Shown: piece after piece, positions 9,594-19,032 of the stretch
Layout of the letters: each line of letters starts with the position of its first letter
Numbering within the stretch: the first letter of the stretch is position 1
Origin: Acidobacteriota bacterium
Lineage (GTDB): Bacteria; Acidobacteriota; Thermoanaerobaculia; Multivoradales; UBA5704
Direction: 5' to 3'
NCBI GenBank assembly: GCA_040005235.1
Contig: JBDTZG010000005.1
Coordinates: forward strand, 117,185-181,184
DNA: 64,000 nucleotides
Made by a program: the position numbers and the translations under genes
Notes under the pieces: model-generated
Seen by the model: only the letters and a program-made list of their open reading frames with translations
What the model was told of the DNA's origin: nothing
Database searches by the model: none

Positions 9594-10592
9594 ATGATCG
9601 TAAACCCCTCCGTCCCCCCCGTCGTCGTCCTCGGTGCCGGGGTCTCGGGCCTCAGCTCAGGCGTAGAGCTGCTCCTGCGCGGCTACCAGGTGGAGATCTG
9701 GGCGCGCGACCCTCCCGCCGCCACCACCTCGGCGGTGGCCGGTGCGGTCTGGTTCCCGTTCCATGCGGCGCCCGCCGAGCGGGTCGGCGCCTGGGCGAAA
9801 GAGACCTATGACCGCCTCGCCGAGCTTTCGATCGACCCCGAGAGCGGAGTGACGATGCGCGAAGGAGTGCTCTGCGACCCCGATCTGTCGGACGGCTCGA
9901 CCTGGCGGCCGGCGGTGCGAGCGCTGCGCGAGGCGGGCCAGGGGGATCTCCCTCATGGCCGACAGGGCGAGATCTTCGCCGCCCCGATCGCCGAGATGCC
10001 GATCTACCTCGAATACCTCCATCGCCGATTCGTCGCGTTCGGGGGAGTGCTCCACCTGCGCGCTTTGACCTCGGTGAGCGAAGCGTTCGCCGAGACCGAT
10101 CGGGTGGTCAATTGCACGGGGCTCGGCGCCCGCGAGTTGTTCAACGACCCGGAGGTCTACCCGGTGCGCGGCCAGTTGGTCCGGATCTCGGGCGTCGAGC
10201 TCAAGCGCTGGTACCTCGATGAAAAGGGGCGCGATGGCATTTCGTACATCATCCCGCGTTCCGAAGACATCGTGCTCGGCGGCACCGTCGAGCCGAACAA
10301 CGAAGATCTGACGCCGGTTCCGTCCGACACCGAACGGATCATCGCCCGATGTTCTCGGTTCGCCCCGAATCTTGTCGAGGGCCACGTCGTTGCCCAGAGC
10401 GTCGGCCTCCGCCCCGGGCGACCGGCGATTCGGTTAGAGGTCGAAGAGGTGGACGAGCGGCATGGCGTGATTCACAACTATGGCCACGGCGGCTCGGGGC
10501 TCACGCTCTCCTGGGGTTGCGCGCGGGAGGTCGCCGACCTGGCCGATCGACGTTGGGGTGTGGCGAATCAGCCGCCGGATTCCGGCGCGTAG
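9594..10592 (+). CDS. D-amino-acid oxidase family FAD oxidoreductase
   Basis: GAGVSG, TTSAVAGA, VNCTGLGA, VRGQ, VGLRPGR, HNYGHGGSG, SWGCA. Confidence 0.88.
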   Translation: MIVNPSVPPVVVLGAGVSGLSSGVELLLRGYQVEIWARDPPAATTSAVAGAVWFPFHAAPAERVGAWAKETYDRLAELSIDPESGVTMREGVLCDPDLSDGSTWRPAVRALREAGQGDLPHGRQGEIFAAPIAEMPIYLEYLHRRFVAFGGVLHLRALTSVSEAFAETDRVVNCTGLGARELFNDPEVYPVRGQLVRISGVELKRWYLDEKGRDGISYIIPRSEDIVLGGTVEPNNEDLTPVPSDTERIIARCSRFAPNLVEGHVVAQSVGLRPGRPAIRLEVEEVDERHGVIHNYGHGGSGLTLSWGCAREVADLADRRWGVANQPPDSGA

Positions 10593-12541
10593 CGGAAGAC
10601 CACCAACGTCCGATCGTCATCGGCGGGGTGCCCCGCGGTGTGAGCCTCGATCTCGGTGAGCAGCCGGTCCCGCACCTGCTCCGCCGAATCGGCGGGGCCC
10701 GAAAGGGCTCGCACGACGCAGTCGTAGCCGAACGGCTCGTCCTGGGCGTTCGAGGCTTCGATCAAACCATCCGAAAGCCAGACCACGACATCCCCGGGCA
10801 GGAGATGGATCGTCTCGGCGCCGTAGCTCTGGCGCATCACGCCCAAGGGAGAGCCGGGCAGCATGATCTCCCGCACTTTTCCGTCCCGTAGATGATAGGT
10901 GGGGGGGTGGCCGGCGTTGGTCAGCTCGATCTCGCCCTTCTTCAAATCGATCCTCGCGAGCGTCGCGGTGACGAAGAAGCGGGTGCCGCTCTCGCCCCGG
11001 ACCACCCGGTCGAGCCGGCGCATGATCTCGGTGGGCTTGCCGATCTCCTCGACCAGGATCTGCAGGCCGGCTTTGACCATCGCCATCCGCAGGCCGGTGT
11101 GCAGGCCGTGGCCCGAGACGTCGGCGATCATCACCGCGAGATCCTCGCCGAACGGCAGAACGTCGAAATAGTCGCCGCCGATCGCCGCGCTCGGCTCGAA
11201 CAGGGTCGCGAATTCAACCCCCCGGCCGGTCGGCAGCGCGATCGGAAGCAGGCTCTTTTGCAGGTCGCGGGCGATCGCCAGCTCCTTGTCGAGTAACTCC
11301 TTTTGTGCCGCGCTCGCGACCAGGAGCTCCAGGTTTGCAGCCATGGCGTTGAACGAGCGCTGCATCGCACCGATCTGATCGCGCCTTTTGACGGGGATTC
11401 GCACCTCGAAGTTCCCCTCTTGCACCGCGGCGGTCGCCAGGGACAAGCGGTTCACCGCGCGCGAGATGCCGAAGATCAGCACCGAGGCCATCAGCGCCGC
11501 CACCACGTAGACATCGAACAGGAGGAAGACGACGATCACCAAACCGGCCCAGACCGCGGCGTCGAATTCGGCGGAGGGCGAAAAAAAGTGCAGGCGGATC
11601 ATCCGCGGGGTCGTCCGGAGCTTCGCCGCGACGTATTCCGCGGAGCGCGAGCCGTTCTCGAGATCGAGCAGGGTGCCCGCCGCTTCCCCCCAGATCAGGA
11701 ACGGAGCATCCCAAAAGCGCTCGCCGCGCGAGCGCGCTTTGAAAAATTTCGCCGCTTCGCCTTGCGCCGGTCCCTCATGAAGCCGCTGGAGGTTGAACGT
11801 CCTGCCGCCGGCTTGGATCGAGAGGTTGTCGTCCTGGTGCACGTCTTCCGGTCGATACAGCTCGATCCACAGGTCGCTCCGGTCGGACAATTCCTGTTCG
11901 AGATCGCCGACGTAGAGCGCCACCACTCCCCGCTTCGCATCGCCCGCGGCGGCGGCCAGGGTGGGCGCCCCGTTCTTCCGCGAGACGAAGGTCGTCGGCT
12001 CTTCGCGTTTCCGTTCGGCCGCCAGAGGCCTGGGCGCGGTCGAACGCAACAGCCAGTCAGGCCACTTGGGCGGTGTTCGCGGATCGCCGCCGATCCTCTT
12101 GCCGTCCCGGTAGTACCCGAAGACGATCTCCGGCCCGGCCGATGCCGCCTGGTGATCGTCGTGCGCCATCTCGTGAAACGCGATCATGGCGCTCTGGCGC
12201 AGCTCGGACGTCAGTTTGCGGGTACCGTCGCGAAAAAGGTGACCGAGGAAGAACCCGGAGAGGATATAGAGCCCGATCGCCATCGCGATCAGCACCATCG
12301 GGATCGGCAGCACCCCTACTAGAAAGTAGGAAAACGCGAGGCGCCGGCCGACTTTCCACAAGAACGCCCGATAGGCCCGGACCGCGATCCAGCCGAGGAG
12401 CAGCACGATCAAAGCCGCGAGGATCGCCTTGGCCGCCGAGCTCAGGTAGGCGACCTGGGCGTTCGCGACCGCCGCCAAGACGACGGCGAACAAGAAAAGG
12501 CCGAAGGCGACGGCTGCGCGTTTTTTGGTCTCGGGCTTCAC
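10568..12541 (-). CDS. Membrane PP2C/SpoIIE-family phosphatase with HAMP domain
   Basis: TM helices, HAMP (RRDQIGAMQRSFNAM), GGDYFD, IADVSGHG, NAGH, SDGLIE, DDRT. Confidence 0.9.
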   Translation of the reverse strand: MKPETKKRAAVAFGLFLFAVVLAAVANAQVAYLSSAAKAILAALIVLLLGWIAVRAYRAFLWKVGRRLAFSYFLVGVLPIPMVLIAMAIGLYILSGFFLGHLFRDGTRKLTSELRQSAMIAFHEMAHDDHQAASAGPEIVFGYYRDGKRIGGDPRTPPKWPDWLLRSTAPRPLAAERKREEPTTFVSRKNGAPTLAAAAGDAKRGVVALYVGDLEQELSDRSDLWIELYRPEDVHQDDNLSIQAGGRTFNLQRLHEGPAQGEAAKFFKARSRGERFWDAPFLIWGEAAGTLLDLENGSRSAEYVAAKLRTTPRMIRLHFFSPSAEFDAAVWAGLVIVVFLLFDVYVVAALMASVLIFGISRAVNRLSLATAAVQEGNFEVRIPVKRRDQIGAMQRSFNAMAANLELLVASAAQKELLDKELAIARDLQKSLLPIALPTGRGVEFATLFEPSAAIGGDYFDVLPFGEDLAVMIADVSGHGLHTGLRMAMVKAGLQILVEEIGKPTEIMRRLDRVVRGESGTRFFVTATLARIDLKKGEIELTNAGHPPTYHLRDGKVREIMLPGSPLGVMRQSYGAETIHLLPGDVVVWLSDGLIEASNAQDEPFGYDCVVRALSGPADSAEQVRDRLLTEIEAHTAGHPADDDRTLVVFRYAPESGG

Positions 12542-12590
12542 GGGGATGGGCGGGGATTGTCTAGAGCCCGAAAGATCCTACGATTCTGGA

Positions 12591-12620
12591 GGCGCCGGGT
12601 TGCGCCGGGTTGCGCCGGGG
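12591..12620. repeat. Three 10-bp direct repeats (tgcgccgggt) in a divergent promoter region
   Basis: ggcgccgggt-tgcgccgggt-tgcgccgggg, just upstream of TAGAAT at 12635. Confidence 0.6.
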
Positions 12621-12710
12621 TGTCGGGACTCCCGTAGAATGAGCTTCCTTGGCCGGTCTCGTTCACCGTCCGGTCCTTTTATCTTAGCTCGAAGTGGAGG
12701 AGAGCTCATC

Positions 12711-13106
12711 GTGTCGAGGATCCCGCGTTCCCAAGAGTATTTGAAGACCGGATTTACCGCCGAGGCGGCGAGCGCCGCCCGGTTTCGCGCCTATGCCACC
12801 CGCGCCGAGCGGGACGGTCTGAGCAACCTGGCCGGACGCTGGCGCGAGTTGGCGGAATCGAAAGACCAGCTGGCGGTTCGGCTGCTCGAAGCGTCGGAGC
12901 AGGTGCTCGGCGGCGAGGCCGACGTGGTCGGCGCGATCTCGGAAGAGCGCTACGAGAACGACGTCCTTTACCCCAAGATGCTGCGCGACCTCGAAGGGGG
13001 AGCCCAGGACGCTCTCGCCGGGGTGGTCGAAGACCAGAAAGGGCACCTCGGCCGGCTGGAGGCGATGCGCAAAGAGTTGGGCGCCTCGCAAGGCGACGTA
13101 CGGTAG
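12711..13106 (+). CDS. Rubrerythrin/ferritin-like protein, degenerate metal site
   Basis: GFTAEAASAARFRAYA...AERDG and EERYENDVLYP follow the rubrerythrin pattern. RBS GGAGGAG before the GTG start. Confidence 0.7.
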   Translation: MSRIPRSQEYLKTGFTAEAASAARFRAYATRAERDGLSNLAGRWRELAESKDQLAVRLLEASEQVLGGEADVVGAISEERYENDVLYPKMLRDLEGGAQDALAGVVEDQKGHLGRLEAMRKELGASQGDVR

Positions 13107-13267
13107 GGAATCGGCTTGCCCTGAAGGCGTTTCAGCAATGTCTCTGGGATGCCGTCGATCGCGGCAATCTTTTTGCATAGACTGAGGTGCCCCTCGGTGC
13201 TGTCCTTATGGCTCTGCGAGGGCTTCGAGTAGTACGCGAATTCAGGGAAGGACAAAGGAGAGAACAG

Positions 13268-13774
13268 ATGGGTCTGATCGATTTCCTCAAGAGCGCCGGT
13301 AAGAAGCTGCATATCATTCATGACGACGCGCCCGCCGCGGCCCAGGCGGCTCCGGGTGGTCCGACGCCGGAGCAGGTTCACGAGCTGAACGACCGTAAGC
13401 ACGAAGTCGCCCTGGTCAAGCTGATCGCCGACATGGGCTTCAAGATCGACGACCTCGGCGTGAACGTCAAGAACGACAAGGTCACCCTGACCGGCAAGGC
13501 CGACACGCAGGCGACGCGCGAAAAGACGGTCCTGATGGTCGGCAACGTCGACGGCATCGCCCAGGTCGACGACAAGTTGCAGGTCGCGAACCCGGAACCG
13601 GAGGCGACGTATTACGAGGTGGTGAAGGGCGATACGCTGTCGAAAATCGCCGCTCATCACTATGGCAATGCCAGCAAGTACCCGGTCATCTTCGAGGCCA
13701 ACCGGCCGATGCTCAAGGACGCGGACGAGATCTACCCGGGCCAGAAGCTGCGCATCCCGGCGCTGCCGAAGTAA
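13268..13774 (+). CDS. BON + LysM domain protein (YgaU/Kbp-like)
   Basis: MGLIDFLKSAGKKL, a BON domain, then YEVVKGDTLSKIA...IFEANRPML...IYPGQKLRIP. Confidence 0.9.
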   Translation: MGLIDFLKSAGKKLHIIHDDAPAAAQAAPGGPTPEQVHELNDRKHEVALVKLIADMGFKIDDLGVNVKNDKVTLTGKADTQATREKTVLMVGNVDGIAQVDDKLQVANPEPEATYYEVVKGDTLSKIAAHHYGNASKYPVIFEANRPMLKDADEIYPGQKLRIPALPK

Positions 13775-13806
13775 GGCGGCTCAGCCCTTAAAGTCCGCAT
13801 GCATAC

Positions 13807-13835
13807 TAGGGGCGGCCCCGCGTGGCCGCCCCTAC
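13807..13835. repeat. GTAG-type REP-like hairpin between convergent genes
   Basis: taggggcggcc-ccgcgt-ggccgccccta forms an 11-bp perfect stem. The minus strand begins GTAGGGGCGGCC. Confidence 0.7.
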
Positions 13836-15034
13836 CGAGTTGGGCCTTCGACGACCTCGATCGCCACAAATCGCGGCTCCGACAGCTTGCGGCCGTCGAA
13901 CGTCCGGAGAACCAGGCCGGATCCCTCCTTCGTCGCGACGCATCCGGAAAGCAACAGCCACCGCCCTTCCTTCGGCAGTAGAACATGGCTCACCGCCAGG
14001 CGGTCGCCGTCCTTGGTGCGGATTTCGCTCGGGGCTTCGATCTGGTTGACCCAGGTGCCGTCGGGATCGCGGCGGGCAAGGATCAATCGCTCGTTGCTCG
14101 GCACCCGGCGGTCGAACCAGGCGAGCTGGAGCGAGCCGCGCCGCTCGCCGAGCGGCAGATCCACCCAGTAATCGGTTCCCTGATGCCAGGGGCCGGCCGT
14201 CGACGGACCCCAGGGCGTCCAGGTCGAGCGCTTCCAACTCGCTCCGGCGTCGGTCGAGGCGTAGACCGCGCCGTCGGAAGAGAGATACGCGGCGTCGTGC
14301 TCGGAAAGCGCGAGCAACTGACCGCGCCGTTCCGCCGGGAGGGCCGGCAGGCCCGCAGCCCAGAGGGCGGGCGGCGAGCCGGCGCGAAAGCGGCCGGTGC
14401 CCACGACGATCCCATCGGCCGAGCCGGGGGCCGGCGCGGCGGGCAGGTCGCCGACCGCCGAGACGACCTGATTGCCTCGTTCGCTCCATTCGCCGTCGAA
14501 GCGCCAAGCCCAAGCCCGCAGGTTTCCTCCCACCGCGCCGCGGGAAGCACCGGAAGCGCCGGGGGCAGGATCGGCGAGCAGCACGAACCAGGGCGCGCCG
14601 GCCGCATCGTAAGTGGCGGCGCTGGTCGCTCCCCGAGGCACCGTGAGTGGCTCGCCGAGCGGCCGGAACGCGCCGTCGTTCCAGCGCACCGGCTGGAGGC
14701 ACGATCCCGAGCAGGGCTGCGCCGCGAGCACGGGACCCGGACCCACCGAACCGCCGAACCGGCCGGTCGCGGGATCGGCAAACGCCCGCGCCCGGTCGCC
14801 GGTCGAGTCCAGCTCGATCACCCATCCCGGCGGCCTCGGCGGCCCCGGCGGATTACCGCCGGAAGACTCTGCCGAGCGCAAGGCAAGAAGCGTCATGCCG
14901 GCGGCAGAATCGACACCGATCACGGTGAGGGCGGCCGAGGCGTCGCAAATCGTCCGCGGCGGATTCGTCGCCGCCAATGAGGCGGCCGGCAGCAGGCTCG
15001 CCAGGCCAAACAGGATGGCGGTCGATCGCTTCAT
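13832..15034 (-). CDS. Secreted hypothetical protein, possibly beta-propeller/BNR-like
   Basis: Signal peptide MKRSTAILFGLASLLPAASLA; Asp-box-like STDAGASW; GC-biased codons. Confidence 0.7.
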   Translation of the reverse strand: MKRSTAILFGLASLLPAASLAATNPPRTICDASAALTVIGVDSAAGMTLLALRSAESSGGNPPGPPRPPGWVIELDSTGDRARAFADPATGRFGGSVGPGPVLAAQPCSGSCLQPVRWNDGAFRPLGEPLTVPRGATSAATYDAAGAPWFVLLADPAPGASGASRGAVGGNLRAWAWRFDGEWSERGNQVVSAVGDLPAAPAPGSADGIVVGTGRFRAGSPPALWAAGLPALPAERRGQLLALSEHDAAYLSSDGAVYASTDAGASWKRSTWTPWGPSTAGPWHQGTDYWVDLPLGERRGSLQLAWFDRRVPSNERLILARRDPDGTWVNQIEAPSEIRTKDGDRLAVSHVLLPKEGRWLLLSGCVATKEGSGLVLRTFDGRKLSEPRFVAIEVVEGPTR

Positions 15035-15072
15035 CTTCTATTCCTTCTATTTCTTTCGATTTTCTTTCGTTT

Positions 15073-15618
15073 TCAGCCGATAACGCGGGCCGGAACCCCT
15101 GCAACCGTCGTTCCCGGGCCCACGTCGGCGAGCACCACCGAGCCGGCGCCGATCATCGCGTCGTCGCCGATCACGATTTTGCCCAGGACGATCGCTCCGG
15201 CGCCGACCGTCACCCGGTTGCCCAGTTGCGGGCAGTCGCTCTCGGTAAATCGCGCCTCGCCGAGCGTTACGCCGTGGAGCAGCGTGCAGTCCTCGCCGAT
15301 TACCGTCCGGCCACCGATCACCAAGCCAATGCCGTGGGCCACGATGCAGCCGCCGCCGATTTCGGCGCGCGGCAGGATGTCGATCGCGCAGGCCGCGATC
15401 GCCCAACGGCGGCAGACCGCGGGGAGGAGCGGAATTCCGGTCTGGGTTAGAGCGTGCGCCAGACGATGGGCGACCAGCGCCTGAAACCCGGAATCGAACA
15501 GGAACGCGTCGATCAGCGAAGGAGTAAGCCCTCGCCCTTTGACGGCGCGCAGGCGGGCGAAATCCTTCTGCAGCCGGGGCCAAAAGCCGGCGGAGTTGAT
15601 TCCATCGGCGGCGGCCAT
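15073..15618 (-). CDS. Serine acetyltransferase-like (hexapeptide-repeat) O-acetyltransferase
   Basis: DILPRAEIGGGCIVAHGIGLVIG, HGVTLG, VAGVPARVIG. ATG overlaps the upstream stop. Confidence 0.8.
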   Translation of the reverse strand: MAAADGINSAGFWPRLQKDFARLRAVKGRGLTPSLIDAFLFDSGFQALVAHRLAHALTQTGIPLLPAVCRRWAIAACAIDILPRAEIGGGCIVAHGIGLVIGGRTVIGEDCTLLHGVTLGEARFTESDCPQLGNRVTVGAGAIVLGKIVIGDDAMIGAGSVVLADVGPGTTVAGVPARVIG

Positions 15619-16436
15619 CAGGCGTACCTCCTCACCCCGGAGCGGAAAGCCCGCAGGGCGCGCAGAATTCCGAGGCGCGGCAGCCGGCTCCAGAGGGGAT
15701 AGAGCCCCGACGCCTTGATCCGGCGCTCGAACGCGCTCTCGCCCGGGTTGACGATCATCCGCGGCAGCGCCAGGCGATCCGCCCGTTTCGCATTCGCCGC
15801 GCCATGGATCGACACCGCGGCCAAATACCCCGCCCGCTCGACCGCGGCGCGAGCTCGAGGATCGAGCTGGCCGTAGGGAAAGCAAAACGTCGCGACCGGT
15901 TGCCCCACGGCGGCGGAAAGCTCGCGGCGCGAGGTCGCGACCTCGTCCTCCAGCTCGGTGTCCGAGCAGGCGGTCAGATCACGATGGAGCTTGCCGTGGC
16001 AGCCGATCTCCACCCCAGCTCGGGCGAGCGCGGCCAGCTCCGGCCCATTGAGCAGGCGCTCCTCCCGCTCCATCGCCTGGGGATCCCGCCGATCCCACCG
16101 GTTGGTGCCTCGCAGCTCCTGATTCGAAGAGCCGCCGAGCGCGCCGCTCAAGGCGAACAGCGTCGCAGTCATGCCTCGGGCGGAAAGCTCCGGCCAGGCA
16201 TGATCGGCAAAGCAGGAACAGCCGTCGTCGAAGGTCAACACCACCGCCCGGCGGGGAAGCGGGCTCCGCAGACAGGCCTCGGCGAGAGTCACCGTCCGGA
16301 AGCCGCCGGCCGCGAGCTGATCGAGAAACGCGGCGAATTCCCGCCGCGAAAGGTACGAATTCGCATGAAGGGGGGCCGGCACGAGCGGCATCGGCTCGAC
16401 GTGATGGAGCATCAAAACGGGCGGGAAGGCGGGCAT
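15618..16436 (-). CDS. Polysaccharide deacetylase (NodB/CE4)
   Basis: VLMLHHV, LTFDDG, EIGCHGKLH, FCFPYG. Confidence 0.88.
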   Translation of the reverse strand: MPAFPPVLMLHHVEPMPLVPAPLHANSYLSRREFAAFLDQLAAGGFRTVTLAEACLRSPLPRRAVVLTFDDGCSCFADHAWPELSARGMTATLFALSGALGGSSNQELRGTNRWDRRDPQAMEREERLLNGPELAALARAGVEIGCHGKLHRDLTACSDTELEDEVATSRRELSAAVGQPVATFCFPYGQLDPRARAAVERAGYLAAVSIHGAANAKRADRLALPRMIVNPGESAFERRIKASGLYPLWSRLPRLGILRALRAFRSGVRRYA

Positions 16437-16453
16437 GTTTTTAAGAAGACGGT

Positions 16454-17578
16454 CTATCGGGCCAGCTCATGGTAGAGCGCGACGTATGCATCGATCGTGG
16501 CGTCGACCGGAAATCGCTCGGCCCGGCGGCGCGGCAGGTTGTCAGCTCCCTGGCCCCAATCCGCATCGAGCGCCTCGCCGATCGCCCCGGCGTAGGCGTC
16601 GAGATCCTCCGGATCGCAGAACCGGCCCGCTTCGCCGATCACCTCGCGGCGCACCGCATCGTCGGTCGCGACCGCCGGTTTTCCGCACGCCATCGCTTCC
16701 AAATAGGTCAAGCCGAAAGACTCCGTCCGCGAGGGAAGGGTAAAACAATCGGCCGCCGCGTACCACCGGGGCATCTCGCTCCGCGGCACGGCGGTGCGCA
16801 GATAGCGTCGGCTCCCGAGAACCCGCGCGCCGAGGGCGTCGAGCGCCTCCTCCTCCGGCCCCCGGCCGAGGGCGATCAGGCTGCCGCGTCCCAATCGGGC
16901 GAGCGCCTGGACCGCGAGGCCCATCCGCTTGTGCGAATCGATCGCCCCCGCGGTGAGCACGATCGGCCGTTCGAGGTCGAGCGCCACGGGCTCCAACCCC
17001 AATCTGAACCGTTCGAGATCGACCCCGTGGGGAACCACCTGAATCTGCGCCCGCGGCGCCCGCTGGCGAATCATCTGCGCCGCCGCCTCGGTAAAGCAGA
17101 CCACGCGATCCGGGTTTTGCCGGGCGAAAGCCCCTTCCCATTTCGGGTCGTTGCCGTGCGCGAGGTCGATCCACGGTAGGCCGCGCGTCCTCTTGAGCCA
17201 CCGGGCGACCCGGGCGCCCACCAGGCCGCCTTCCATCACCAGAAGATCGAACCTACCGCGCGCGATCCGGCTCCGCGCCGAAAGAGCCGCGGTGCCCCAT
17301 TCGATCGACAGCGGATCGAGGAACAGCGTATCGAGGACTTTCTTGGTCCATCGCGTCGCCCGATATGCCCGGTCGAGCCAGCGGGCATCGCGCGGGACGG
17401 CGCGGATCGCCTCATGGGCGACCTCTGGGGAGAGAAGCGGCGCGCCGCGCGAAAAGATCACCGGAGCAAATCCGCGCGTCGCCAGAGCCTCCGCCAGCTC
17501 GGTCACGAACGCCTCGGCGCCCCGGTTCTCGATGCCGATCCCCGGCATCACGAACGCGATCTTGCCCGTTCGGCTCAT
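16454..17578 (-). CDS. Glycosyltransferase family 4
   Basis: RGAE, VPHGVDLERF, ESFGLTYLEAMACGKP. Confidence 0.88.
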   Translation of the reverse strand: MSRTGKIAFVMPGIGIENRGAEAFVTELAEALATRGFAPVIFSRGAPLLSPEVAHEAIRAVPRDARWLDRAYRATRWTKKVLDTLFLDPLSIEWGTAALSARSRIARGRFDLLVMEGGLVGARVARWLKRTRGLPWIDLAHGNDPKWEGAFARQNPDRVVCFTEAAAQMIRQRAPRAQIQVVPHGVDLERFRLGLEPVALDLERPIVLTAGAIDSHKRMGLAVQALARLGRGSLIALGRGPEEEALDALGARVLGSRRYLRTAVPRSEMPRWYAAADCFTLPSRTESFGLTYLEAMACGKPAVATDDAVRREVIGEAGRFCDPEDLDAYAGAIGEALDADWGQGADNLPRRRAERFPVDATIDAYVALYHELAR

Positions 17579-18981
17579 TCGGGCTTGATCCCGGCGAAGA
17601 AAAAATCGCGGAACGGCCGGCGGAAGCGCGCGAGGTAGCCCAACCCGGCGATCACGCAGGCGGCGAGCGACGCCGCGAGCCGTGCCCAGGACCCTTCAGG
17701 CAATTGCCAGGCCGCCAGCAGGAACATCGGCAGCGGCAGCAGGTAGACGAACGCCAGGTCGCGCACCAGCCGCCAGAACTCAAGTCCCGCGATTTGCGCC
17801 ACCTTCCAGGTCATCAGCAGGTTGCCGAGCAGCAGAAAATGCGCCCACGCTACCCCCACGCCTCCCCAGCGATGGGCGAACGGGATGCCGAATCCAACCA
17901 GCGAGGCGAAATTGAGCAGGACGATCGCGAGCCAGATCCGGTCCTCTCTCTCGACTTTCAGTAGCTCGCCGCCCAGCCGGGACATCGGATCGGTCAGCGG
18001 CACAAAGGAGAGCGCCTGAAGGATCGGCACCGCCCGCTCCCAAGCCGGACCGAGCAGGATCCCGACCAGCACCAAGTGAGCGTTGAAGAACAGGAAGTAC
18101 GCGGCGAGCGTCTCCAGAGCCAGAATCGACACGGTGCCCAACCGGAACGCCACGAGAAAGCGCGGCCGGTCGTTGCGGTATTCGACCAACGCCGGATAAA
18201 GCACCCGGGCGACGGCGGGCAGCACCAGCTCCTGAAGGCGAAAGCCCCAGCCGCGAGCCTTGCCGAAATAGCCGACCTCGGCCGCGCCCTTCGAGCTGAG
18301 CGCGAAACGGGCGATATAAGGCATCGGCAATGCGGCGAGCGCGATCAGAAACAGGGTGCTGCTCTCGCGGATTAGCTTCGGCAGAAGGTGCAGGTCGACG
18401 TCCAGCGGAATCTTTCCCCACGCCCTGACCCAAAGCAGCGCCGCGAACAACGCCGCCCCGGTAAGCTCTGCGCAGACCAGCGACCAGACCCCCGCGCCGC
18501 GAAACGCGAGCGCAATGCCCACCGCGGCGATCGCGAGCCCCCGCAGCAGCTCGGGACCGACCAGGCGGCCGACTTCCAGCCGGCGCTCGAACCAGAGTTT
18601 CGGCACGACGGCCAGGCCGTCCAGAAAGATGTAGACCGCGAACCAGGGCAGAATCGTAGTGAGCCGCCCCTCGAACAGGCCCCTGAACAAAGGCGCCGAG
18701 GCGGCCACGCCGACCGCCAGAATCGCCCCCGTGCTCGCGGTCCAGGCAAACACCGTCCCGTACGGTTTCCGCTCGTCGCGGATCAGCTGATACCCAAGCC
18801 CCAAATCGCGAAAGATCCCGGCGATCACCGCAATCCCGAGCGCCACCTCGAACAGCCCATGATCTTTAGGCACGATCAGCCGCGCGAGCAGAACGTCCGA
18901 ACCGGCCCGCAACACCGCCCGGCCGATCTGGCTCCCATACGCCGCGAGCGTCGAGGAGAGAAAGCGCTTCTCGGTGGTCAA
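17575..18981 (-). CDS. wzx: Oligosaccharide flippase (Wzx family)
   Basis: LARLIVPKDHGLF, DLGLG, GAGVWSLV and multiple TM helices. TTG start is uncertain. Confidence 0.8.
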   Translation of the reverse strand: MTTEKRFLSSTLAAYGSQIGRAVLRAGSDVLLARLIVPKDHGLFEVALGIAVIAGIFRDLGLGYQLIRDERKPYGTVFAWTASTGAILAVGVAASAPLFRGLFEGRLTTILPWFAVYIFLDGLAVVPKLWFERRLEVGRLVGPELLRGLAIAAVGIALAFRGAGVWSLVCAELTGAALFAALLWVRAWGKIPLDVDLHLLPKLIRESSTLFLIALAALPMPYIARFALSSKGAAEVGYFGKARGWGFRLQELVLPAVARVLYPALVEYRNDRPRFLVAFRLGTVSILALETLAAYFLFFNAHLVLVGILLGPAWERAVPILQALSFVPLTDPMSRLGGELLKVEREDRIWLAIVLLNFASLVGFGIPFAHRWGGVGVAWAHFLLLGNLLMTWKVAQIAGLEFWRLVRDLAFVYLLPLPMFLLAAWQLPEGSWARLAASLAACVIAGLGYLARFRRPFRDFFFAGIKPE

Positions 18982-19032
18982 GGCGTTTCCGTGGATCTGG
19001 CTCGGCTGAAGGTCTGGGGAGAGGGTATTTAA

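Noticed and set aside
15073-15618. Calling this gene cysE
   Set aside because: It is short, lacks the full CysE N-terminal domain and sits in a glycan operon; a sugar O-acetyltransferase is more likely.
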